The notes beneath the pieces were generated by a model. That model ran no database searches. It had not been told where the DNA came from and was given only the letters and a program-made list of their open reading frames with translations. This document shows, in pieces, positions 11,323 through 23,300 of a DNA stretch of 64,000 nucleotides (position 1 is the stretch's first letter; the number at the start of each line of letters is the position of its first letter). Source of the stretch: Amoebophrya sp. A120 (taxonomy: Eukaryota > Protista > Dinoflagellata); NCBI GenBank assembly GCA_905178155.1, contig CAJINV010000006.1, positions 316,398-380,397 on the forward strand, read 5' to 3'. Position numbers and translations under genes: made by a program.

Positions 11323-14300
11323 TCACCCCTCCGTCCAGTCCTCCGAAACTACACAAGATGAACTCTGGCAGGATTCGGGCGTCAAAACATCTGAAAAGGC
11401 TTCCATTTATCAAATGCAAAAATGTCTGGGTCCGGAAGATTCTGAGATTTGTCCTGCATGTTTTGCATGACCCAGGATGTCTGTAATGCACGCCCTAGCA
11501 TCACAGATTTTTAGAGGGCTTCCTGATGCCTCTTCCGCATGACAAACGCCCTCCCCGCGTAGCACACACTAGACTCCCCTTGCTTGTCATGCAATACAGA
11601 TTTTTTTAGAGTCCAAAGTTAGCATCACAAGTTCCAATCTTCCAGACCCAGACATTTTTGCATTTCATACCATTTCCGCGTTCAATGCCTCCTCTTCCCG
11701 CATTTCCTCGTCAATCAATCGGTCCTCCTCGTCCGGGGCAAGAAAAGTTTCGGCTAAATTGCGACCGGACGTGCCCGGAGGGACAAAAATCACAGTGGTG
11801 GAAGAAGTGGTCGCAGTAGTGGTGATGGTGTTTTCACCGTTCTCTTGATTACTATTTTCGAATTGGTCGGTCTTGTCAACATTCTTGTTGTCGTTATTTT
11901 TCGGAGGCTCTTCTTGGTCCTGCTCCTGAACACGCTGCATGGTGTGCTTTTGGAAAATGTCAATCGATTTTCGGATATGAATCGCAAAAGCATCGCACCC
12001 TAGGTAGTACAAATCGCATGACAAATTTTTCAGCATGAAAATATGAAATTTGTAATGCGGACCTAGCTTGAGATAGAGATTTGTAATGCGTGAGTGCGAT
12101 GAAAATTTTGCAGTGCATATCGGATCCGTTTGGCCGATGGGCCGCGGGTTTCTTGTTCCTCTTCCTGCTGTAGTTTTTCCTGGTTAAAAATATTCTTTGT
12201 TAATACGCAGTGGCTCCTTTCGCGGTCGATTTCGTGGTCAACGCTTGTGCGATTCCGCAGCGAAGAAATAATAACGGGTCGTGATGCTGCTGTCGGAGCG
12301 GCAACAATTTCCGCTGCCGGTTGGACCACGTCCAGGGCGGCGGAAGAGGTACTAGTCAAGGATGTACTGCTAGTCGTGCTGGTCAGAGACAGGGTGCTAC
12401 TAACTTGTTGTGTTTGTGGTTGTAGTTCAGTATCGGAAGTAGAAACGACTTCCTGCTGGACAACTTCTGGTAAAGGGCTAAGAGTTGCATTGCTGGATGT
12501 TGCTCCGGTTGTAGTTGTATTCGTGGAGCAAGTAGATGTAGAACAAATCGAACTTTCGGATTCATTTTCTGCTGCAGAGATGGAAACAGTTGCAGTGGAA
12601 GACAAAGTGCTAGTTGTATTGGCCGCCGATAAAGACGATGATGCAGCCGCTGAACTACTTGGTGAAGGTAATGCAGCCGCTGTAGACGATGAAGGTAATG
12701 CTAATGCAGCCGCGGCTGGTACTGAAGATGACGTTGACATCAACGACGTCGATCTGGAAGAAGAACTGGCAGAAGTAGCGGTCGCCCGGTTCCGCTTGTT
12801 GGCGGGAAAATTGGAAGTTAAAATCAAGTTGTTACACGGGACAGAGATGGTCAAATTATCAGAGGTATGCATTGCAAAAGTATCGTAGTAGTATAAATTG
12901 CAATACAAATTTCCTTAGCATGAGAAATGGAATTTATCATGCGGATTTGCCATAGCAAAAAGATTTGTAATGCAAAACTTGCATTCATACGAGTACGATA
13001 CTTTTGCACAGGATAAGAGGTAGTACTCGATGTAGAAGTTGATGAGCTGATGTTGATATTACAACTGCTGGTGTTAGTTGTAGTAGTACCGGTCGTCGAA
13101 GTTGTACTACTAGAAGAAGATGAAACAGGTCCTTGCGGAACAGATCCAGATCCCGACGAGTTTGTTAAAAGCGAAGAGTTGATGTCATTATTTCTCAATT
13201 CTTGAATCGTCTGCACGGTGTCCGCATTACACATTTTTTTCCCCGTATGAAAGTGCACAAAATAACCCTCCTGCCCCCGTTCATTTGTCATTTGAGGTGC
13301 ACAGCTGTTTGTAGCTGCTGTTGGATTTTTGCCTTCTAATGCTACAACCACCCCAGGCGCCTTGCGTCACGAGCTCCTATAGCGCACCGAGCACAACCAC
13401 ACACATTAGTTGTACGAGAGCCAGTTTGTCGAGGCCGTGTGGTTCTTTATGCATTAAATAAAACCGGGGTAACAAGACGATAGTGCGCAGGATCAATCCC
13501 ATAGGCAGTCTGACACAACACCCAGTGACTGTATGCCGACATTGCCTCTTCCTGAGAGACGTTGCGCCTATGACGTTGCACAACCCGCCTCCCTCTAGTG
13601 TCTCGCTAGTCAGTTTGTCCCGTGCCACAATTGTAAGTGCAGTTAAACTTTATTTCGCATGAAGATCTAGTTCAGAAGTTGCAAAAATGCAACTGAAAAA
13701 GATCATGAAACGGGAGGAGTTTTTGTGCACTCTCATAGCGGCCGCGTGCCACTATTACAATGAAAAATGCCCCACCCCCAGCTTGGCAGCATTTGTATTG
13801 CAAACCTTTCCAACAGAAACATGCCCCGTCTTGCATATCTCAGCATCACAGATTTTCCATGCTGAATAGGTCAAATTTGTGTTGCGAAGTAGCCCAACAG
13901 CAGGCGGATCAGTTATGCACAAGGCACCGCGCGCACCCAGATTCTGCATCAGAAACGCTCGCAATCCTTTTATGCAAGACAAAAAGCTTTCATTTGGAAA
14001 CTTTGCATGACAAACTTCTGCAAATTCCGGGGGGGCATTTTTCACTGTAATAGCCACCTCGATTATTTTCCTTTCGCGGCGGAACGGGAGCGGCGTCGGT
14101 GGCCGTGCGTACGCAGATGCGTCACCCATACCCGTTCCTACCGGCAAGGTTATCCAAGAAAAAAACATTGTAGGTGTAACTTTCTTGGAGGATTAGCATG
14201 ACAAATATCTCTCGCATGAAAGCAAAAACCTGTCATGCGCAGATAGTACGGGAAAACGCCGTTGAATGGGCCCTACGATGCATGCCAAGCATGACAGACG

Positions 14301-17300
14301 CAATCCTCTTGCATGTTGCGCATCACAAATTTAAGTTTTTTTCTAGGATAAAGGTGGATGTAGTTGTACTAGAGGTGTTCTTATCAAATGCAAAAATGTC
14401 CGGATGTCTGGAAACTTGTGTTGCTGATACTTGCATTGCAAACTTGCTGCTTGTACGGCATAACAGCATGAGAAATTTCGCGAGGCTTATTCCAGATTCA
14501 TTCGTTTTTAGCATGACAAAGTACCATATCCAGCACGCCAAAAAAACTGGGCAATGGTATTCATGCATTACAGATCTTGTTATCCTTCAAGTCCTGCATC
14601 ACAAATCCAGACCCAGACATATTTGCACTACATATTTCTTCGCCTTTGTACCTCCTGTGTCTGCTGTGGTCGCGGTCGTCGTGTTCAGCACATTCGTTTC
14701 CTTGTTCGTGGTCGAGATATGCATTGCAAAAGTAAAAATATCGCTGTACCAGAACTAGTAGAAGACATCCCATTACAAATTGACTTTAGCACTACAACCT
14801 AGTTGTATTATGCGGATCGATAGCAGAAGCGCCGGCTCTGTAATTATGCACGTGCCACCAATTCCTATGAGTTGACAATACTTTTGCACAGGATATGAGA
14901 TACGAGGTCGTCCACGAAATCCCGGAGGCTGGAGAAATTTTTGTGATGTGTTTTTTCTAAGTATACAGGTGTAGGTTTTATCAATGAAAAAAGCGATACA
15001 TCATGCCGTTCTATGCATCAGTAATTTGAAAAACAATTTAGTAAATCTACCTTCGGTAACGCTTTCATCCGCGCTGCGTAATCTTCTTTCCCTTCCACCA
15101 GTCGCCTTCGATGCCGAAATCTTTCGTCCTTCTCCAATTCTTATCAAATGCAAAAGTGTCTGGGTCTGGAACAAAGCAACTTGCCATCCTGCACCTGAAT
15201 CATGTAAAAATTTGTGTTGCGTGATTACCAAAAGCTGCCCACTTTTGAGCCAATCGAGAGGCGGTTTCTCATGCACGATTAGGCATGATAGAACTCTCAC
15301 AGAATCTGTCATGCTATTTCTTACATACCAGACCTCATGGGTGATGGAAAACCTGCATGACAAGTCTTGCATTCTTCCAGACCCAGACATTTTTGCACTT
15401 GATAATTCTTTCAGCTTTTTCTTCTTCGCTTCTATTATCGACATTGCAAAAATAGTGTCGCACCACTACTACCCGTACGTAGGTTGAACTTGAAGTAAAA
15501 GTATGACAAATTTATCCTTCCGCCAGGATGCAAATTAATCGGAATTTGTAAGTGCGGATTGACCTTTACGCAGAGATTTGTGTTGCATGACTGCAAGTTG
15601 TACTAGTACGAGTTTAATAGCACGATGCTTTTGCAATGGATACCTTCGTCTTTTTCCCCCTCGATTTTCTTCACTCTTTTCTCCACCCTGGCGATGTTCT
15701 TTCGCACGTCGATATCCCGTCCAAAAACATCCACACCCCAGAGTTGTCATGCAATTCTGCATGCCAAAAAGGTTGCTCATGCGGAGCCCTATGAGAAGCA
15801 TTTTCTATGTGTGTTTTGGACTTTGTGATGCTAAAATCAGCATGCTATGCTAGATCTGTGATGCTTCTGAATGAACTAGCTCAATGGGATCACACTACGA
15901 GGACAAACCTGTCATGCCAAACAGCCACAGCTGGTTGATTTGTCTAGCAAATTTCCCATCTTGACTCTGGTGTGGGGACGTTTTTAATCAGGATAGTCGA
16001 ATGGCCGCAAGTGCAAAACCATCTTCGTTGCCTTTTTGTCCGGAAACAATGGGGGTTTCGCGCGTTTTGGGGGCGCGCTGAGCAGCAGATCCGCCTTGGA
16101 CTTTTCTTTGACTTTTTCCTTGTTCGGCTTCAACTGCGGCTCAGGGAGTGCGTTCATAGGAAGAGATAAAGAGGAGCTTGAAGAACCACTGCTGGTGCCA
16201 TTAGTTGTAGAAGTAGCACCTCCATCTCCCGATTGTAGTAGTGGTGAAGAATTCTGTTTCGGTTTCGGACCCTCATCATCGCTTTCCGATCGCTTTTTCA
16301 AGAAGGGCAGCATGAAGGGTTTCTTGGGTTGTGGTTTGGTTGGTTTCGCGTCATCTTTTTTCACCTCCTTGGGGGATTTTTTCGACTTTGGCCGCGAAGA
16401 AGATTTTGGCGGAGAACAAAGTGTCCGCTTTTCGTCTTTTTGTTTATCGTCGTGGTCCAGTGTCGTGGAGGTCGATAAAGGTAGCGGAGACGATGCTGAT
16501 CGTGTAGTAGTCACAGAATTTGTTGTGCCGCTACTCAAGGAAAGTAATTCGTTTTCCTGGTCGGTTGTATTGCGTGCAACTACTGGTACATTCGAAGACA
16601 GTGAAAATACACTGTTGCTGTCGTCCGTGGTCGTGGTCCCAGTACTAGGGGTCGATAACGTTGCTGGTTGTGGGGCCTCCTGTGTTTCTAAAACCGGTAC
16701 TTCTGCACCACTAGCGCCATCATCCTCTTCGGGAATACTGAAGAGGTCCGTCGCCAGCGGGAAGGACATGGACAATGCGTTGGAAAATAAATTACACGAG
16801 GCATCAAAAGGAAAAATCCCCCCTCCCCATATCAAAAGCAAGTGTCTGATGCTGGATTTGCGTACACAAATCAGCTTTGTACTGCAGAGAGGCATTGCGG
16901 GCAGATCTCCAGGCTCGATAGGGGCGTATGTGTCTAGTTGCTCAGCATGGCAAAGGGCTCCCCTTTAGGCTCAACAGCATGACAAATCGCCTCCGTAATG
17001 GGGCGAAAGCTCCTGGCCTTGTCTTCTTGCAAGATGAATATGATTTGTGACCTCAAATCAGCAACACAAATTTTCGGAAAGATACCTTTTCGATATGGGG
17101 AGGGGGGATTTTTCCTCTCAATACGAGGAACTCGAGCTGCTGGATGATGAACTGGACGATGAACCGCTGCTACTGGAACTGGACGAAGAGAAAAAAGAAC
17201 TGAAGGAACTGGAGGAAGCACTACTGTTCGAAGAAGAGCTACTGGAAGAAAAAGAGCTGCTCGAAGAAGAGCTGCTCGAAGAAAAAGAAGAAGAAGAGCT

Positions 17301-20300
17301 GCTCGAAGAGGAGGAAGCTGCTGCACCACCAGATGAAGAACTGCTACTCCCGCCAGTCATGGTCTCTTCAGAATTATTTTCCTCTTTGATGTTGTTCTCC
17401 CCATTGGAAAACAACGAGGACCCGCCAAACGACGCAGCAATTTGTATGGTGTTCTCAACTGTTACATTCTCAACTGTTACATGAATTTGTGATGCAAGAA
17501 TGGCAACAGTCAAACAGGCAAGCTTCCTGCTTTCGCATCACAGATTTGGCACAGATTTAGATGCTATTTAGCCTCTCGGATATTTGTCATGCGAAGCAGC
17601 TTGATCATCTGGCGGCTTAAGGTAGTCTTGCATGACAAATTCATGTAACAGTTGAGAATGTAACGTTTGAGAACTCCATAATTTGTTCCTGCATAGCCAC
17701 GTCGCGATCAAGTTGTTTCTGTTCCTTCTTATGCATTGCAAATATGTCTGGGTACTCTGGAGAAGTGCAAGGTTTGTCATGCTAGGCCAGCACGACTCTT
17801 AAGTCTGTCACGCACGTTAATACCCAAAAACCCTATTTCTCTGTGATGCAGAAACGCAGTTTGTCATGCAGAATAGACATCACTTAGAAGCTCAGAAACT
17901 TGTCATGCTGAGCCATCATCTGTGGCCTCCACATGCTAAGTCACTCAGCATTACAAGTTTCCAGACATCCAGGGATATTTGCATTTGATACTTCTCCAAC
18001 ATGGTTAAAAACTCTTCATTATGCTGTGCAAAAGTATCGTACTCGTATAAATGCAGGTCTTGCATTACAAATTTCTTTATCAAGGCAAATCAGCATTACA
18101 AATTTTATTTCTCATGCTAAGGAAATTTGTAATGCATTTATACGAGTACGATACTTTTGCAGTTCATATTCATGCTCGTCATCCTCCGCGGGTAGAATGC
18201 CAATAATCCCATTTCCAAACCCAACCACAATATCGTTGGCTGAAGTGACCGGCGACGCGATGTTCTCGTCATCTGACAAATTATTATTTTCCTCGTCCTT
18301 GTCATTGCTTATGCTTTTCGGAGGAGGAGGTGACGGAGGAGGTGACAGGGGTCTTTTCGGGTTTTTGTTTCTCACCGCCGTCGGCGTCTTGTCGTTTTTC
18401 ATTTTCTCCTCGTCTTCCCCTCCACTGTCCGCCCGACTTTGCTCTTCCTCGCTATCCGAACCGGAAGAGGAGGTCAAATGGTACCAAGTCGGACTAACAT
18501 CTTCATCGTCACTGAAGTTACAAGTGTCTCGACGGTTCATCATCTTTTCCGGGTCAATCAATTTCCCTTTGCAAATCTTGGCCGCCGGCAGCAGCGGAAA
18601 CTTCTTCTTGTCTAGCCGAATAGTCGTCCCCGTATTGGGCGCGGGGAGCGGAATCTGGATTTCGTAGTCGGTTTTGGACACGTCGTTCGGAATCTTCTCG
18701 TTGTTTTGCAGTTCTAAAAAAAATTTTGCACCAATGCTGTCGCCCATCTCCACCCGGTACACCGGGGCGGGGCCGTCAGAATCGTCTTCGTCGGGCGTTG
18801 GGTAGCAGCGACGAGTACTCAAGTATCAAAAGTAAAAACCCACCCACCCTAGATCAAAATTGAAATCTGTGATGCTGAATTGTGGCCACAAGTCAGCTTT
18901 GTCATGCTAGAAGGGAAGTAGAGATGCGGACTGTAGTGCTGGCTAACGCAGGAACGCCTTACGCCTTCAGCATGACAGGAAGCAACTGGAAATAACGGGA
19001 AACAGCACGACAAATTGCCTCCAAACACGGGAACACCTGCCTCGCTTGGCCTTCTAGCAATATATTTGTGTACTCAAATACAGCAACACAAATTTCGTTT
19101 ATCGATATGGGGAGGGGGGATTTTTCCTCGCAGTATCAACCGCTTTGGCTTCCTTGTCTCCGTATCCCCAATCACGTCCCGGTATCCCGAAGCAATTTGC
19201 CAAAAAGAACTTTTCTCAATTTCTTTACGGACCTTTTTTCGCTTTTGCTCATCCGCAAGCTCTTGCTGGTACTCCTCATCGGTCATGCGGCCGAAGAGCT
19301 GCTCCTGGTCCTGCTCCGGGGAGTTATTGTTGTTGTTGTTCGCGGTGCTGGTGCTGCTGTCATCTCCTTTTTTGTCCGCCACCTCCTGGTTATTTCCATT
19401 GTCACCTCCAGCTGCGCTAGATGAACCTGCCACACGTTCTTGCGCGTTCTCCGCACTTCTCTTGCCCTGCTGCGCCTGCGTCCTCTCCTGCGGCTCCACA
19501 GGAACAACTGGGCGGTCGGTATTTGTTCCGTTATTTTCACCATCTCCCGCAGTGGAAGTCGCTGCTGCAGCCGCTGCTGCTTCTCTCGCTTTCTTCTCCG
19601 CTATATCAAGTGTAAAAATGTCTGGGTCTGGAAGATCAAGATTCTGACACTTGTCATGCACGTTTTGCATGAGTCATGATGTCTGTGATGCATTCCCCAG
19701 CAATACAGATTTTTTGAGGGCTTCTTGATGCGTATTCCGCATGACAAATGCCATCTCAGCGTAGCAAAAATTGCATTTCCTTTGGTACTCATGCAATACA
19801 GATTTTTTTGGAATCCAAATGCAGCATCACAAGTTGCATTCTTCCCGACCCAGACATTTTTACAGTTGATACGCTATCAATTGTGCGAACCTCCCATTCG
19901 GATGGAATCCGAAGTCATCATCGTCATATCAAATGTATTCCACAGAAAAAGACCGACAGGTCATATTTGTAATGCAAAAATAAATACACAGGAAAATCTG
20001 TCATGGGCGAGGCCATAGCATCCTGTTTAGGGCATGCAATACAGATTTTTTTGTCTATTTATTTTTGCATTACAAATATGACCTGTCGGTCTTTTTCTGG
20101 GGGATAAAATGCAAATATGTCTGGGTCTGGAAACTTGTAATGCTGAGTTGTGAAGAATAGTGACTGCTCTGTAATGCACAACCAAGCATGCGAAATTTTT
20201 GCACGGCTAAGTGCTGCGTTTTGTGAATGACAATTTGTGTTTTTGCATGACAAGCAAAAGAGGTCTCTTCTTCAAAACGCATCGCAAACTCTTCAGTCAT

Positions 20301-23300
20301 GCCAGACAAGCATGACAAACCTTGCATCCTTCCAGACCCGGACATATTTGCAATGCATACAACTGAGCGCTTCCTCTTTTCGTCTTCCCCTGGTACCTTA
20401 CCCGCTGCCGCTAATCTCGCTAGATGCTCCGCCTTTAATTGTGCGAGTCTCCCAGGCGGGGTGGGTGGACTGAGGGAACGACGATATCAAAGGTAAAAGT
20501 GTCTGGGTCTGGAAGATTGCCAGGTTTGTCATGCACATTTTGCGTGACTCCTGATCGATCTGTGATATGCATGCCCTAGCATCACAGATTTTGTGAGGGC
20601 TTCCTAATGCCTATACCGCATGACAAATGCTCTTTCCGTGTAGCAAAATTTGGACTCTCTTTGCTGCTCATGCAATACAGATTTTTCTAGAATCCAAAAT
20701 CAGCATGACAAGTTGGATTCTTCCAGACATCCAGGGATTTTTACAGTTGATAGACGACCGTCGTCGTCGTCGGTGTTGGCGTTTTTATTTCGGGGCCGCA
20801 GGGTATCCCAGGAAAAAAGTGTTACAGTTACACATTGGTTGGGGTTTCTGCATCACAAAGTTGCTCGACATGGCAAAGAAAACCTCTGATGCGCAGACTA
20901 TAAGGCAAAACACGAATGAAATGCGGTTTGCAAGCATTTTCTGCATGACAGAGCTTGTCTGTCTTGCTAGTCTCCCACCAGAGTGCGTAACTATAAACAC
21001 TTTTTTCCCACGATACAGGGCTTGCTTCGGAGCTGCGGAGGACCGACCGCGAGTTGCAGACATCGTGGACGTTGTTGCGATCGGAGAAGATAACTGGGAG
21101 CTGCAGGTGCTTCCAACATTAACACCATCGCTGCTACTCCCTGCGGTACCGGTACTAGTTGTGGCAGAAGAAGCTGCTCTCGTACTAGTAGTACAGCTAC
21201 CCCCTTGCAGGCGCTCCTCGGGGTTAGTATTCAAGTTTAGGTTTGGCGGTGTATTGCTATTGTTTTTGTCAGTGTCACCCGCGGCGCGCTTACCTCCCGA
21301 AGAAATAACGGAGGGCGAGTATTGAGAGGAAAAATCCCCCCTCCCCATATCGAAAAGGTATGTTTCCGAAAATTTGCGTTGCTGATTTGAGGTCACAAAT
21401 CACGTCTGTCTTGCAAGAAGACAGGCGCAGAGGCTTCCACACCATTATGGAAGCGATTTGGCATGCTGTTGCGCCTAGGGGGCACCAGCAGGGGGGATTT
21501 TTCCTTTTGATAGCGAGGAATAACGTGATGAAAAACTCGGATTTTTTTCACCGCTGCTACCTGCTGAGGATGCGGTCGACGGCGTAGTTGTCTCCGGTTG
21601 TTGTAAACAAATGTTGTCCGTCGAACTCGAAGTAGTGTTGTCTACTTTTCTGTTGGTATCTTTACTACCACCTGACAGAAGGGAAGAAGATGCAACAGGG
21701 GCATCAGCATTGTTATTGCGGCCTTTACCTCCCCCAGGACCAGGAGTAGCAGAAGTACTGCCCGATAAGTGATCTGGGCTTGCGTTCTTCCTTTCACCAA
21801 GTTCTTGTTGTGGGACAGCAGTAGAACGGCCAGTATTACCACCGCCCGGAGATACCGCCGCGTCAGAAGAACGACCGCCAGTATTTTTACTTGCACTTCC
21901 CCCCAGTCCGCGCGGTCCACATTTTCCCAATCCTTTCTTGCAGACGTACGGTGGCGGCCGCTCGCCGGGCCGTCGCGGTCGCGGCCGGATGGGGGGCATG
22001 GGAGGAAACACGTTGGGGAGAGGCAAAACTTCATCTGTGATCGTACTATCTCTAGCTGCTGTGCCTGGAGTTGATGTTCCCGGTGGCTCTTGCGCGACTT
22101 GCGGCGCAGAAGGGAGAGTCACCGGCTGTACAGGAACTGGTCCAGCAGGAATTTGCTGCGATGCGGCCGGAGATGAGGGCGCAACTTCTACGGGGGTAGG
22201 AACTACTGGTCCAACGGGCTGCTGCGACGCGGCAGGAAAAAGCACCGGCGCCTGCCGGTTGTTTTTCCGTTTCGGGACCACGATGTTGTTGGTCATCAAG
22301 GTGGCAGAAGTTCTTGTTGTGCTGTTGGTACTAGTAGCAGTGGCGGTGTCCGTTGCGCCGTTCTTGTTTTGCCCCGTAGCTCTACTTTCGTCTCCAGAGC
22401 GGCTGGGTATCGTCGACGTCGTGTCCAGTACCGGGGCGACGACAACGTGATTATCGTTTTCGGTAGCCGATGACGTTTTGCTGTCAACCGGCACAACAAA
22501 CGATGCCGCAGTACTATCTTCCGGCGCAGGAGCAGCTGCGTTGAATCGGGAGTAAATATCAGAGCTGGTGGTCGTGGATTTCTTTTCTTCGCTCCCTGCA
22601 CCGGTGGAAGGACCATCTCCACCGCCAGGAGCAGCGCCGCTATCTTCCTGCTGCTTCTCCGAAGCCGAAGGAGGTTCACCAAGGTCGAATAAACCGGTCG
22701 AAGAAGTAACCGCATCTCCCGCCGTACTAGGAGAAGATGAGGCAATTGCAAGAACTGCAACACTCGGCAGTTCCTCTTGTAGCTGACGTTCATTTCCGTC
22801 TACAAGTTCGGGAGGAGCGGTCAAGGGTACAAGGCTCTCATCTCCTGCTGGCGGGTTGAGTAAGCTGTAGTTACAAGTTGTAGGTTTGTCCACCTTGTCG
22901 ACGTTTTTGGTGGTTTTCTTGTCGGTCTTCACTCCATCTTGGTTGGACGAAGTAGTAGTTGTTGGCAACTCATGTCGTGGTTCCACTGACAAGGAAGTTT
23001 CATCTTCCGCCTTAATACTCCGGGGTAACGAAGATTCAGTTTTGCTTTTCTTTTCCGCTAAATCGAAATCGTGATGTTCATCCGCCTGATCGTGTACCGG
23101 TGCTGCAGCATGGGTGGCAACGCACGCGTTATTCTCCTTAAAATCCACAACCCCACCGCGTCCGTCGGAAAGGATGTTCTCTGCTGGTGTTTTTTCCTGA
23201 AAAATCCGAACTGGTTCATCTTCGTCCCCCTCCAACGGTAACAAAGTCTCCTTTTTCTCCACCATTTTTTCCACGCGGGGCTGAAACTGGGTGGGCTGGC

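Noticed and set aside
17047-17484. Glu/Leu-rich plus-strand ORF
   Set aside because: Antisense shadow of a poly-Ser exon of the minus-strand gene; starts and ends inside introners.
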